A DNA stretch of 64,000 bases, taken from positions 9,909-73,908 of the forward strand of contig DDXR01000038.1 of NCBI GenBank assembly GCA_002347565.1, in the 5' to 3' direction. Both the position numbers and the translations under genes were made by a program. Under the pieces are notes generated by a model. It was not told where the DNA came from. It made no database searches and was given only the letters and a program-made list of their open reading frames with translations. Source of the DNA: a bacterium UBP2_UBA2255. Its GTDB lineage: Bacteria > Edwardsbacteria > AC1 > EtOH8. Shown piece after piece: positions 37,562 to 47,720 of this stretch. The stretch's first letter is position 1; each line of letters opens with the position of its first letter.

Positions 37562-38783
37562 TGGCTGCGTTCGGCCGTTGATGCGGGAGCAACCTGTCAG
37601 CCAGGGTCCCGGCCAGCGCGGCGATCAGGAACGACGCCGGCATCATGTAGCGCAGGATCGAAAACGTGGCGAAAGCCATCAGCCAGTGGCACAAGGCGAT
37701 CGCAAGCAGCGCCGGCACCAGGATGCCGCCCCTCCTTTCCCTGCGCCAGACGGCAAACCCGGCGGCGGCCAGCAGGAGATAGAACGCCTGCACCATCGCG
37801 ATGGCCGGCTCATGCCACTGCTCATCCGTGGCGTACCAGGGCCTGAGCAGTTTGAGCGCCGCCAGCTTGGCCAGCGCCGCCGGCCGCCCGGCCCCCGCGC
37901 GGGCGATGGCATGGTAGAGCCGTGTCGCCGAAACCCCGCTTCCCTCGCGCGCCACCTGCTGCATCAGCGCGATGACGTCGCCGGGCAGTCTCGCCCTGTC
38001 GCCGCCGGCGCCCGTCGACAGCCCGTAGGTCCAGCCTTCGCGTGCCGTGCCGCTGCCCAGGGAAGAAAGCACCACCGGGCGAACGATGCGGGACGAAAGG
38101 TAGATCTGCCACGGCAGGATCGTCATGCAGGAAGCGGAGATCAGCAGCGCCGGCCGCAGCAGCCGCGACCCCGGCGGCCGCTGCCCCTGCCGGCCGGCCG
38201 CGTACGCCGCGGCGTAGAAGAACGGCAGCAGGATGCCGATCGGCTTGACCAGCATCGAATAGCCGGCCAGCGCACCCGCCGCCGCCGCCCACCATGGATT
38301 CCGCCCCATGGTGGCGACGATCAGCCATGCGGTGAGCGCCAGGCTGAACAGGTACAGCGGCTCCGGTCCCGGCGCCAGGCCGAGATAGACCGCGAAGGGG
38401 TAGGTGGCGAACGCCAGCCCGGCGAACAGCGCGGCCCGTCCCCCCATCGCGCGGCGCACCGCCGCCGTCAGTAGCGCGGCGGCCAGCGCCATCAGGACCA
38501 GATTGAGCAGCCGTGCCGCGCCATCGGGCCCGATGCCGTGCCCGCGGGACAGGGCGATGGCGCCGGCCAATGCCAGCGGATAGGCCGGCGGCGTGCGCGG
38601 CTCGCCGTTCAGCAGCATCCCGCCGCCGGCCAGGATCGTCTCGGCCTGCGGCCGGTAGCGGTTCAGATAATCGAGCGGCACCGAACGCGGCTCGAACTCG
38701 CCGAGCAGTCGCCCCGCCGCCAGCTGCACCAGCAGGGAGACGCCGATGACGACCGGCACGCAATGGCGGGAGACGCGGCTCAT
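37554..38783 (-). CDS. polytopic membrane glycosyltransferase, GT39/GT83-like (ArnT/PMT_2 family)
   Basis: About 12 TM helices and the overall topology typical of PMT_2 family glycosyltransferases; assignment by architecture. Confidence 0.45.
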   Translation of the reverse strand: MSRVSRHCVPVVIGVSLLVQLAAGRLLGEFEPRSVPLDYLNRYRPQAETILAGGGMLLNGEPRTPPAYPLALAGAIALSRGHGIGPDGAARLLNLVLMALAAALLTAAVRRAMGGRAALFAGLAFATYPFAVYLGLAPGPEPLYLFSLALTAWLIVATMGRNPWWAAAAGALAGYSMLVKPIGILLPFFYAAAYAAGRQGQRPPGSRLLRPALLISASCMTILPWQIYLSSRIVRPVVLSSLGSGTAREGWTYGLSTGAGGDRARLPGDVIALMQQVAREGSGVSATRLYHAIARAGAGRPAALAKLAALKLLRPWYATDEQWHEPAIAMVQAFYLLLAAAGFAVWRRERRGGILVPALLAIALCHWLMAFATFSILRYMMPASFLIAALAGTLADRLLPHQRPNAANG

Positions 38784-39973
38784 CCCGACCCTGCCTTGCG
38801 CGCCAGCGCCGCTTCTACCAGCCGCCCGAACTCCGCCGCCCGGGCGTCCCAACCTTCCCCGGCCACGCGCGCACTGAGTTTCGGCGCCAATGTTGTGCGG
38901 TCCGATTTCAACAACTTCTCGATAGCCTTGATGTATTCCTCAGCTGTAGTCGCGAACTTGACCGCGTCGCCGTACGGTTCCACCTCGGGCAGCCGCGCCG
39001 ACACCACCGGCACGCCGGCCGCCAAGTATTCGCGCAGCTTGAGTGGATTGACCGAGCGGGTCAGTTCGTTCAGCTTCATCGGGATCAGCGCGACGTCGAA
39101 GGCCGCGCAATACGCCGGCAGTTCCCGATACCGCTTGTGCCCCAGCCAACGGACATTGGGCAGCTTCAGTAAATGATCAAGATTGCCCGCCTCGGCCGCG
39201 ATCCGCCCCAATAGCACGAGCGACCAATCGGGCCTCAGCCTGGCCAGGGCGGCCAGCATGTCGGTGTCGATCCAATCGTTGATCTCGCCATAGAACCCGA
39301 TCACCGGGCGCCCGATCCCCCTGACGTCATCCGGGAACTGCCCCGCCCGGATCTTCAGCGCGGCCGAGAAATGCGAATGGTCGACCCCGTGGGGAATGAC
39401 CGTGATCGGCTTGCCATGGCGGGATTTCACCGCGGCCAGCTCGCTCGCGCTGGCGATCACGACATCGGCGTGGCGGATCAGGTCGCCCTCCATCCGCTCG
39501 ATAGCTGCCGCGGGGTGCCCGGTGAACTTGGTGAATTCGTCGGTGATGTAGTAGACGGCCAAACACTCGCCCAGCCGGCCGCAGACGCCCGCCATGCTGG
39601 GCAGAAACGTCAGCAGGACCGGCCGGCCGAACCCCAGCCCGGCGACCGCTCGGTTCACCTGGCGCGACAGCCACCGGGCATTGAACCGGTCGAGCACGGG
39701 GTTCCCATGGTACGGCAACACCAGCGGGTCGAGCACAATGATGCCGGGGGCAACGGCCCGGGTCCGCCGCCCGCAGAACCGCCCCAGCTTGGCCAGCGCC
39801 CGCTGCGCGTCGCGGCTATTGACTGCCGGACGCCTCAAGCCGATGGAGTTGACCCACAGCACCCGGTTGCCCGCCGCCAGCCGCCGGATGATATGGTGCT
39901 TGGACAGCGGGTCCTGGTCCCAGTCGGACGAGAAGCAGACGATGTCGGTCCCTTGCAGCACGCGAAATGTCAC
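38780..39973 (-). CDS. glycosyltransferase family 1 (GT4)
   Basis: The C-terminal E-x7-E region (EYLAAGVPVV) and length fit GT1. Confidence 0.7.
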   Translation of the reverse strand: MTFRVLQGTDIVCFSSDWDQDPLSKHHIIRRLAAGNRVLWVNSIGLRRPAVNSRDAQRALAKLGRFCGRRTRAVAPGIIVLDPLVLPYHGNPVLDRFNARWLSRQVNRAVAGLGFGRPVLLTFLPSMAGVCGRLGECLAVYYITDEFTKFTGHPAAAIERMEGDLIRHADVVIASASELAAVKSRHGKPITVIPHGVDHSHFSAALKIRAGQFPDDVRGIGRPVIGFYGEINDWIDTDMLAALARLRPDWSLVLLGRIAAEAGNLDHLLKLPNVRWLGHKRYRELPAYCAAFDVALIPMKLNELTRSVNPLKLREYLAAGVPVVSARLPEVEPYGDAVKFATTAEEYIKAIEKLLKSDRTTLAPKLSARVAGEGWDARAAEFGRLVEAALARKAGSG

Positions 39974-40740
39974 CCTTCCCGATACGCTCCAAAAAACACC
40001 ATCATCATCCGATCATAGGATCGTCGGCCGAGCACTCGCACCAGAACATCGCGGAGGCGTTTCTGCATCTGCAGTCGCTGTAACGCGGCAGGGGTCGGCG
40101 TCATCCGTTCGGCCAGCTGTCGCGCCGTCATGTTCTTCGTGACGAGAATCCGCTTCAACTGGTACCGATCGGCAGCACCGTCATTGACTCCGAAATCGCT
40201 GGTCCATAACGCCCGATACCCGGCGTCCTGCGCGGCCCGGACCAGTCGCCGGTCGACCATGCCGAACGGTGCGGAAAAATGCGTCACCGGCTTGCCGGTG
40301 ATCTCCTCGAGGATCGCCCTCGATTCCCGTAACTCGTCCCGCATCGTTCGGTCATCAACGCATGACAGGTCGATGTGGGTCAGCCCGTGCGACTGGATCG
40401 AAAAACCCCGCCGCGCCAAGTCAGCTATCTGCGGCCGATCCATCTTGCCACCCGCCCCGATCCTGCCGGCGATAACGAAGAACGTGGCGGTCATGCCGTA
40501 CCGTTCCAGCAGGGGCGCGGCGTGGTCGAAATTCGTCCGGCTGCCGTCGTCGAAGGTGATCACGACTTGATCCGTCCGGTCGTCGTTCCCCGAGATGCTT
40601 TCCTCGACCGTTAATGTCCGGCACCCCCGGGCGGCGATGGAACGCAGGTGCTCCTCCAGTCTGGCGGGCGTAACCGAATAGAGATTCCCCGAGCGGGGAG
40701 GACAGACCGCATGGAAGAGGACGCAGGGGGTCCCGTTCAT
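39970..40740 (-). CDS. polysaccharide deacetylase (CE4/NodB homology)
   Basis: VITFDDGSRTNFDHAAPLLERYGMTATFFV and HGLTH motifs. Confidence 0.85.
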   Translation of the reverse strand: MNGTPCVLFHAVCPPRSGNLYSVTPARLEEHLRSIAARGCRTLTVEESISGNDDRTDQVVITFDDGSRTNFDHAAPLLERYGMTATFFVIAGRIGAGGKMDRPQIADLARRGFSIQSHGLTHIDLSCVDDRTMRDELRESRAILEEITGKPVTHFSAPFGMVDRRLVRAAQDAGYRALWTSDFGVNDGAADRYQLKRILVTKNMTARQLAERMTPTPAALQRLQMQKRLRDVLVRVLGRRSYDRMMMVFFGAYREG

Positions 40741-41471
40741 CGTGGATGGGCCCTCACAGCGATGGTGTTGCTCTTTCCCTGGATGAAGGGCACGGCATCA
40801 GCCCCCGCCAATAATCGCAGCATGATTGCCGGGATCCAGTATGCCCGCAGCAGCATGATATATTTGCGGCTGACGGCGAAGGCCCGTGTCTTCGAGAAGT
40901 CATCGACGACCGGGCCGCTGCGCCGGCGGGAGTACCCGATCGAAAAGAACGCCCGTTGGATGCGATTCGCCAGGTCGAACGACGGTGAATAATAGATCTT
41001 TTGCATCTTGTCGATCCTCCAGCCGCTGCGTCGGCATGCAGCCTGGACTTCCTCTGCCGTGGCCCAACGGCAGCCGGCGTATTCACCGAGCACAATCGTC
41101 ATGTAGAGCGACCCATCGGGCCGAATCAGCCGCCGCAGTGCCCGCAATCCGGCCTCGGGATCATCGAGGTGCATCAGGACATCGAGCGAGACGATGGCGT
41201 CGAACGTCGAGACCTGCTCCGGCGTTAACCGCTCGATCGGGATCGACAGGAAACGCTGGTGCCGCTCCCCCGCGCAGCGCCTGTTGTTCTGCTCGATCAC
41301 CTTGGCCGCGACATCGATCCCCAGCACATCGCATCCGGACTTCGCCAGCTCCTGACTGACGTAGCCGTCGGAGCAGCCGGCATCCAGCACCCGCTGTCCG
41401 GGGCGGAGCGGCAGGAAACGCCTGAGCACCGCCCACCGCCAGTAAGGCCCGATGTGCAAACGCGAGATCAT
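40737..41471 (-). CDS. class I SAM-dependent methyltransferase
   Basis: Motif I VLDAGCSDG and motif post-II FDAIVSLDVLMHLDDP...IRPDGSLY. Confidence 0.8.
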   Translation of the reverse strand: MISRLHIGPYWRWAVLRRFLPLRPGQRVLDAGCSDGYVSQELAKSGCDVLGIDVAAKVIEQNNRRCAGERHQRFLSIPIERLTPEQVSTFDAIVSLDVLMHLDDPEAGLRALRRLIRPDGSLYMTIVLGEYAGCRWATAEEVQAACRRSGWRIDKMQKIYYSPSFDLANRIQRAFFSIGYSRRRSGPVVDDFSKTRAFAVSRKYIMLLRAYWIPAIMLRLLAGADAVPFIQGKSNTIAVRAHPR

Positions 41472-41480
41472 CGGAATCTC

Positions 41481-42254
41481 CTATTTTACCGCCCGGACCA
41501 CGGTGATGCGGGCGAAGCGGCGCAACGGCGGGAAAGCGGCCAGCAGGGCCGCGTCCAGCCGCAGCAGGGCGCCGCGCACGGTGCGATGGTGGACCAGCCT
41601 GTCCAGGCGCGAGAACAACTGGAACTCCCGGTGTTCGATCCGGCTGAAGCCGTGGCAGGCATCGAGCAGTTCCGCCAACCGCAGGCCGCGTTCCGTCTCG
41701 GTCCCCATCCGCCGTACCGGCACGATCCCCTTCGCCCATTCGACCGTGCGGCTGTCGGCCAGCGGATCGCTGATCACGGCGATGCCGCCCGGCCGCAGCC
41801 ACCCATGGATCCTGTGAACAGCGTTCCCGACGTCGGTATGGTGCAGGACATCGACGCAGGCCACGACATCGAAGCTGCCGGCCGGGAACTCCGCCGTCTC
41901 GATCGCGGTCGCCCGGGTCCTGATGCGACCGGTGACACCGTTCTCCCGGGCCAGGTCCCGCAGCAGTTCCAACATCCTGTCGGAGACGTCGATGGCGGTC
42001 ACCTCCGCTGCGCCCCGCCGGGCCATCACGATCGACAACCATCCCGTTCCGGCGCCGCAATCCAGCACCCGCTTCCCGGCCACATCGCCGATCTGCCGAT
42101 AAATGAAGGCCCTGCTGTCGGCCCACGGGTGCCCCAGCGGAATGTAGCCCTCGTCCACCTTGTTCCCGAACGCCGTCGCCGCGTATCGGCGGCTGGTCGC
42201 GGAGAATTCGTTCCAGAAATCGCGTTCGTGCGCGTATCGATCGTTGCGCGCCAT
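41481..42254 (-). CDS. class I SAM-dependent methyltransferase
   Basis: VLDCGAGTGWLS ... FDVVACVDVLHH ... LRPGGIAV; start at MARNDRY overlaps the upstream GT2 stop. Confidence 0.8.
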   Translation of the reverse strand: MARNDRYAHERDFWNEFSATSRRYAATAFGNKVDEGYIPLGHPWADSRAFIYRQIGDVAGKRVLDCGAGTGWLSIVMARRGAAEVTAIDVSDRMLELLRDLARENGVTGRIRTRATAIETAEFPAGSFDVVACVDVLHHTDVGNAVHRIHGWLRPGGIAVISDPLADSRTVEWAKGIVPVRRMGTETERGLRLAELLDACHGFSRIEHREFQLFSRLDRLVHHRTVRGALLRLDAALLAAFPPLRRFARITVVRAVK

Positions 42255-42256
42255 CG

Positions 42257-43207
42257 TCAGCTCGCGCTCGCGCTCCCGGGGGCCGTGACGGAACGGCAGA
42301 CACGGGCCGCCAGCAGGGGATATCGCACTGCCGATGCCAGAAACAGGGCGAACCGCTGCCGTCCGTGCTGGGAGAACACCGTGAATGCCGATGCCAGGGT
42401 CGTGGCCGCCAGGAACAGACCGTACAGGATGATCAGGGAAGCCCGCTCTGCGCCGGAATGGTGCAGGCAGAAATACGTCACTTGGCTCCGGTGCAGTACC
42501 AGGAAGTTGTCCAACGGCCTTGCCTCGGTGCTCTTGCCACCGAGATGGACGACGTCGCCGCACGGCACGTAGTAGCAGCGGTACCCGTTTCGCGACAATC
42601 GCCGGGCGAGGTCCTTCTCCTCGGCGTACATGAAGTACGTCTCCCGCAGCAGTTCCGGGCCTGGCACCGCGGCGCGCCGCACCATCATGAAGGCGCCTCT
42701 CAGGTAATCGACCGGGCGGGCAATGCCAGCGCTATAATGTGCCCGCCGGTACCCCGGCAGCACCCAGCGGTCGATCAGCAGCGCCTGCAGCACCATCCGG
42801 CCGAGAGTGGGAAAATATCCGATCGACGGTTGCGGCCGTCCATCGGCCTCGATCAGCCGGCAGGCGGCCATCCCGGCGTCGGGCGTCCGTTCCATGAACT
42901 CCCGGACGTAACGGATGGCTCCCAGCCGCACCACGGTATCGGGATTCAGCAGCAGCAGGTAGGGCGCGGTGGCGACCGCGGCGCCCTGGTTGCAGGCCTT
43001 GGCGAACCCAGCGTTGACCTGGTTCGCGACCATGGTCACGCCAGGGAACTCCTGCCGCACCGCCTCGGCGCTGCCATCGCCGGAGTCGTTGTCGACCACG
43101 ATCACTTCGGCGGCCATGCCGCGGCACTCGTCGATCACCGACCGCAGGCAGTCCAGCAGCAGCGTGCGCACGTTGTAGCTGACGATGACGACTGCGAGAT
43201 CAGCCAT
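42257..43207 (-). CDS. glycosyltransferase family 2
   Basis: AVVIVSYNVRTLLLDCLRSV...VVDNDSGDGS match GT2. Confidence 0.8.
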   Translation of the reverse strand: MADLAVVIVSYNVRTLLLDCLRSVIDECRGMAAEVIVVDNDSGDGSAEAVRQEFPGVTMVANQVNAGFAKACNQGAAVATAPYLLLLNPDTVVRLGAIRYVREFMERTPDAGMAACRLIEADGRPQPSIGYFPTLGRMVLQALLIDRWVLPGYRRAHYSAGIARPVDYLRGAFMMVRRAAVPGPELLRETYFMYAEEKDLARRLSRNGYRCYYVPCGDVVHLGGKSTEARPLDNFLVLHRSQVTYFCLHHSGAERASLIILYGLFLAATTLASAFTVFSQHGRQRFALFLASAVRYPLLAARVCRSVTAPGSASAS

Positions 43208-44597
43208 GGCCACCACCGCCACCTTCGCCGCCGTAGCCCAAGCCCAGGGCGATTACCACCGCCAGAATAAAAACTGCCTCCCTGGTCTGCAGCACCGGTG
43301 TGGACAGCCCGACGAATAGCCCCAAGTAGCAGGCAATCATCGCCACCACCGCCCAAGCCCCCGTCGCATGCTCGGCGTTTGTCGCGGCCCTGATCCGCAG
43401 CCGCAGCAGCAGACCGCGGAATACCATCGCCATCAGGAATAGGCCGGCCAGCCCGCCCTTGGCGGCGACATTAATCAGGTCGTTGTGGGTGAAGTTCGTC
43501 CTGAGGTGCCCCATCCCTATCCCGGCGATGAACCGGTAGAACCTGTACTGGAACCCGTATCCGACTCCCAGCAGCGGAGCCTCGAGGAACAGCCTTCCCG
43601 CCTGCGCGAACTCGGCGCTGCGGTTCTGGAACGAGATGTCGTGCTGGTAATCTACTAGACTGCGGAACCGCTCCTCCTGCTGGCTCAGCACCTGTTCGGT
43701 CGCCTTGGTGTTGTACAGCGCGATCAGCGTGCCGATGACCAGCAACACCATCAGCACCACTGCCTGGGCTCGGTACCTGGTGAAGAAAAACAATATCATC
43801 GGCACGGCCAGCGCCATTGCCAGCCATACGGTGCGGGTCTGGGTCAGGCCGGCAGCCAGCAGGGCCAGCAGGGCCAGCAGCAGCCAGCGGTTGCGCCGGG
43901 GTGCTCGACTGGCGAACAGCGCCAGCCCTGCCATGAACATCAGCGGCGGGTGCAGGGTCGACAACCGGACAGGAACGCCGGCCACCCAGCCCATGCCCAG
44001 ACCGAGATGCCGGTTGAGAATGAATACGATATCGCGCAGCAATCCGGCGGCCACCGGCACAACAACCAGATAGATCAGCCAGCGCGATCCCTTCTCCCCG
44101 AAGTGGTCGACCAACACTGGGATCATCAGCAGCATCAGCAGCGGGGCGATGTCGCGCAGCCAGTCGGACAGCGTGAAGCCGTACTTCATGCCCAGCAGCG
44201 GTGACACCCCCAGGTAAATCGTGAACACGAAAATCCACCGGTATTCCGGGAGAGCCCAGGGATGCCGCCCGCGTCGGGCGTTTGTCCACAGCCATAGCGC
44301 CAGGTTGTAGCCGAGCAGCAGCGCCACGCCGACCTTGACGATGCCGATGCCGCCGGACGGCGGCACGAACGGATAGGTCAGTAACAGCAGGGCCGTGCCG
44401 TACACCGGCCGCCACAGGATCATCACGCCGCCGAACGCCAGCGCGATCATCGGCGCCAGGCTGGAGGTCGGGTAGAACAGGTACCGGTAGAGATAGCTGC
44501 TGCCCAGATAGATGGCGACCCCGGCGATCAGCAGGTCGCGCAACAGCGATGAACTGCGGAGCACCCGGTGGAATCGCTGTCCCGGTTCTACCGGCAT
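43200..44597 (-). CDS. O-antigen ligase/polymerase-like polytopic membrane protein (Wzy_C family)
   Basis: About 10-12 TM helices with a periplasmic loop containing LTQTRTVWLAMALAV...; architecture typical of WaaL/Wzy_C. Confidence 0.55.
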   Translation of the reverse strand: MPVEPGQRFHRVLRSSSLLRDLLIAGVAIYLGSSYLYRYLFYPTSSLAPMIALAFGGVMILWRPVYGTALLLLTYPFVPPSGGIGIVKVGVALLLGYNLALWLWTNARRGRHPWALPEYRWIFVFTIYLGVSPLLGMKYGFTLSDWLRDIAPLLMLLMIPVLVDHFGEKGSRWLIYLVVVPVAAGLLRDIVFILNRHLGLGMGWVAGVPVRLSTLHPPLMFMAGLALFASRAPRRNRWLLLALLALLAAGLTQTRTVWLAMALAVPMILFFFTRYRAQAVVLMVLLVIGTLIALYNTKATEQVLSQQEERFRSLVDYQHDISFQNRSAEFAQAGRLFLEAPLLGVGYGFQYRFYRFIAGIGMGHLRTNFTHNDLINVAAKGGLAGLFLMAMVFRGLLLRLRIRAATNAEHATGAWAVVAMIACYLGLFVGLSTPVLQTREAVFILAVVIALGLGYGGEGGGGGHG

Positions 44598-45682
44598 GAG
44601 GCCTCCATCAGCAGCTGATAGGTTCTCTCCCCCGCTTCGTCCCACGAAAACCGGATCGCGCGGTCGCGCCCCTTGTTGCCCAGGCTCAGTCTCAGGCCCG
44701 CATCATTGAGCAGGTGCGTCACCTTCCGGGCGATGTCGGCGGCATCGAGGGGATCGAAGTACCTGACCGCATCCCCGCCCACCTCCGGAAGCGACACCAC
44801 GTTGCTGCAGACCACGGGACACCCGCAGGCCATGGCCTCCAGCACCGGCAGGCCGAATCCCTCGACCAGGCTGGGGAACACGAACAGGGCCGCCGTGCGG
44901 TACAGGCGGATCACGTCATCATCGGACGGGTTCTCGATGATCTCCACGCTTCCCTCCAGATGTTTCGACATCACCAATGCCCGGATGTCGATGTAGAGGC
45001 CCCCGGGGCTGGCCGGCCGGCTTTGTCCCGCCAGGACCAGTTTCCCGGCGAACCCCTGCTGCCGCAGGATGGCATGGGCGTCGAGCAATCGTTCCAGGTT
45101 CTTGCGCCGGTCGAAAGCGCCGACGAAGAGCAGGAACGTGTCCCTCGGCTCGCCGGGCGGCGGCGGCGCGTACCCGGCGGAAACGCCGCACGGGATCACG
45201 CTGATCCTGGCGGCCGGGATGCCAGACAACCGCTGGATCTGGCCGGCAGAATACCTGGATATCGTGATGACCCTCGATGCCACCTTTTCCATCCTGGCCA
45301 TTTGCATCCTGTTCTGGATCCGGTCGGCCCACGAACGGCGGATCCCGCGCAACGCCGTCGCCGGGGCGACATCCAGGACCGTCGCCACGGTCGTCACGTG
45401 CGGCCATAGCCAGATATCATTGGCCGGGAAGTACATCAGGTCTATCGCGTCCCTTCGAACCGCCCGCGGCAGGGTCCAGTTCAGCCAGGGACGGCCGCGC
45501 TGCGGCGGGACATGGCGGGCGATGAGCCCGGTCCGGTCCATCGCCGCTTCGCGGGACGGGCTGTAGAGAAAGAACGCGTCACGCGCCAGGTCCAACCTCG
45601 CCAGGGCCGACACGATCTCGGTGACGTACCGGCCCGGTCCCCGGCCGCCGGACCTCGCCGTGATGTCAATGCCGATCCGCAT
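44588..45682 (-). CDS. glycosyltransferase family 1 (GT4)
   Basis: FVFPSLVEGFGLPVLEAMACGCPVV (E-x7-E) is the GT1 signature. Confidence 0.82.
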   Translation of the reverse strand: MRIGIDITARSGGRGPGRYVTEIVSALARLDLARDAFFLYSPSREAAMDRTGLIARHVPPQRGRPWLNWTLPRAVRRDAIDLMYFPANDIWLWPHVTTVATVLDVAPATALRGIRRSWADRIQNRMQMARMEKVASRVITISRYSAGQIQRLSGIPAARISVIPCGVSAGYAPPPPGEPRDTFLLFVGAFDRRKNLERLLDAHAILRQQGFAGKLVLAGQSRPASPGGLYIDIRALVMSKHLEGSVEIIENPSDDDVIRLYRTAALFVFPSLVEGFGLPVLEAMACGCPVVCSNVVSLPEVGGDAVRYFDPLDAADIARKVTHLLNDAGLRLSLGNKGRDRAIRFSWDEAGERTYQLLMEASCR

Positions 45683-45685
45683 GCA

Positions 45686-46657
45686 TCACCCGCTCCCCAG
45701 TTCCCGGTTCATGCCCGCCAGCGTGTGGTGCCAAAGCACCAGCGATATCAGGGAGAACCTGGCGGCATCGGGGATGAGCAGGAACGGGCTGGCGGCCGCG
45801 GCTTTGATCATGGACATGACCGGATCATTGTACAGCACCCGCTTCATCGCGTGCCAGGCCCGCGGGGCCCGGTCCGGGCCGTGATAGTTTCCGGCGGAGC
45901 GGATGGACAGCGTCCCGGCCAGCTCGGGATGCTTGCGCCAGAAGATGACCGCCGACCGGCCCGACTGGAACGCCCGGGCGCACAGGTCATCGAACGAAAG
46001 GATGACATGGTGCCCGGCCCGCGCTGCCTGCGCGAACAGGACCCGCACCCCCCGCTGGCACAGCCGGTACCCCAGCTCGCTGTCCTCGTAGTTCGGGCTG
46101 GGCAGCGTCTCGTCGAACATCCCCGCCGCGACGACCAGCGAGCGGCGCAACGACAGGTTATTGGAGATGAACAGCCCCCACCGATCGCGGCGGGCCGGGC
46201 TGGCCGCCCGGCGGTACACCCGCTCCCAAAAATCGTCAAGATATCTCATGACGGGCCCGCCGCCCCTGTCGTCGACGATGGGCGTGTACCCCAGCACCGC
46301 GATCATGCGGTCCTTCGCCTCGGCATGGGCCTTCAGGTGCGCCGCGATCAGCCCCTGCCCGGCCTCCACGTCGTCGTCGATGAACAGGACTATCTCGCCC
46401 GACGCGGCCCCGATGGCGATGTTGCGGTTGGCGGCCGGGCCCACGTTCTGGTGCGTCACGTACCGGACCGCCGGCAGGCCGCCCGGGAACGCACGCATCA
46501 TCTCGTCCGTGCCGTCGGTGGAGCCGTCGTCGCTGACGATGATCTCGTACCGCGTCCGGTCGAAATCCTGTTCCCGCAACGCCCGCAGGCACCGTTCAAG
46601 CTGGTCACGGCGATTATACGTCGGTACCACGACGCTGACGGCGAAACGGTCAGCCAT
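45686..46657 (-). CDS. glycosyltransferase family 2
   Basis: VSVVVPTYNRRDQLERCL...IVSDDGSTDGT...FIDDD. Confidence 0.82.
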   Translation of the reverse strand: MADRFAVSVVVPTYNRRDQLERCLRALREQDFDRTRYEIIVSDDGSTDGTDEMMRAFPGGLPAVRYVTHQNVGPAANRNIAIGAASGEIVLFIDDDVEAGQGLIAAHLKAHAEAKDRMIAVLGYTPIVDDRGGGPVMRYLDDFWERVYRRAASPARRDRWGLFISNNLSLRRSLVVAAGMFDETLPSPNYEDSELGYRLCQRGVRVLFAQAARAGHHVILSFDDLCARAFQSGRSAVIFWRKHPELAGTLSIRSAGNYHGPDRAPRAWHAMKRVLYNDPVMSMIKAAAASPFLLIPDAARFSLISLVLWHHTLAGMNRELGSG

Positions 46658-47720
46658 CGCTCAGAATCTCCTGGTGCAGGTCGTCAAAGCGTTGGATCCA
46701 CTTGTCCAGTGAAAAGCGCTGTTCGACGTCGATCCTGGCCTTTCGCCCCATTAACTTCACCTGTTCGCGCCTCTCGAACAGTTGCTGGATGGCGTCGGCC
46801 AGCGCGACGGCATCACCGGGCTCGACCAACAGGCCGGTCTCGCCATGCCGCACTATTTCCGGCAAACCGCCGGCCCGGGTCGCGATCACCGGCAGGCCGC
46901 AGGCCATGGCCTCGATGGCGGCCTTGCCGAACGGCTCGGCCCACGCCGAGGGCACCACGGCCAGGGTCGAGCGCGACAGCGCCGCTGCCAGGTCGTTCTG
47001 GCCGATCTTTCCCAGCAGCTCAACGTCGGATAGACCGCCGAGCAATGATCCAATTTCCTCCTGCGAAAAACCCGACCGCCCCGGCCAAAGGTCGCCGCCA
47101 CCGGCCAGCCGCAGCACGAACCGCACTCCCCGCTGCTGCAGCAGCCGCTTGGCCGCCAGCAGGACGTCAAAGCCTTTCTTGGCGCTCCATTGGCCAGCGA
47201 AGGTCACGACCGGCATGGGATCGCTTGTCCCCCGTGGGCCGGGCGTGAACAGGCCCGTATCGACCGCGTTGTGGACCACCAGGCAGCGGCGCGGCCTGAT
47301 CCCGGGATGCCGCGCCAGCACCGCGTTCTTCAGGTATTCCGACACGAACACGAACGTGGCCCGGTTGTACCTGCCCGGCACGATCCGGTGATAGTCCAGG
47401 TGCAGTTCATTTTGGAACACCGCCACCGACCGCTCCGGCCGGTACAGCGCGCCCTGCGGGCAATTGTGAAAGTGGCAGACGTCGGCGTCCCGGTTGCGCC
47501 GCATGAAACCACGGTAGTAGCGGTCCGGACCGATGTACGGCAGGGAGGAATACGGGACGTTCCGGAACTCGGCGCTGCCGCCCTCAACCCGGCCGAACAG
47601 GGACACATCATGCCCGTGCCGGGCCAGGCCTTTCTTCAGGTCGACCAGCGATGTTTCCAGCCCGCCGTAAAGGTCGCCTTTGACGATAGCGACCGGCCAG
47701 TTCAGGAGCGCGATCTTCAT
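46650..47720 (-). CDS. glycosyltransferase family 1 (GT4)
   Basis: VVPSAWAEPFGKAAIEAMACGLPVIATRAGGLPE. ATG at 47720 overlaps the upstream stop (ATGA); the listed 447-aa ORF is over-extended. Confidence 0.82.
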   Translation of the reverse strand: MKIALLNWPVAIVKGDLYGGLETSLVDLKKGLARHGHDVSLFGRVEGGSAEFRNVPYSSLPYIGPDRYYRGFMRRNRDADVCHFHNCPQGALYRPERSVAVFQNELHLDYHRIVPGRYNRATFVFVSEYLKNAVLARHPGIRPRRCLVVHNAVDTGLFTPGPRGTSDPMPVVTFAGQWSAKKGFDVLLAAKRLLQQRGVRFVLRLAGGGDLWPGRSGFSQEEIGSLLGGLSDVELLGKIGQNDLAAALSRSTLAVVPSAWAEPFGKAAIEAMACGLPVIATRAGGLPEIVRHGETGLLVEPGDAVALADAIQQLFERREQVKLMGRKARIDVEQRFSLDKWIQRFDDLHQEILSDG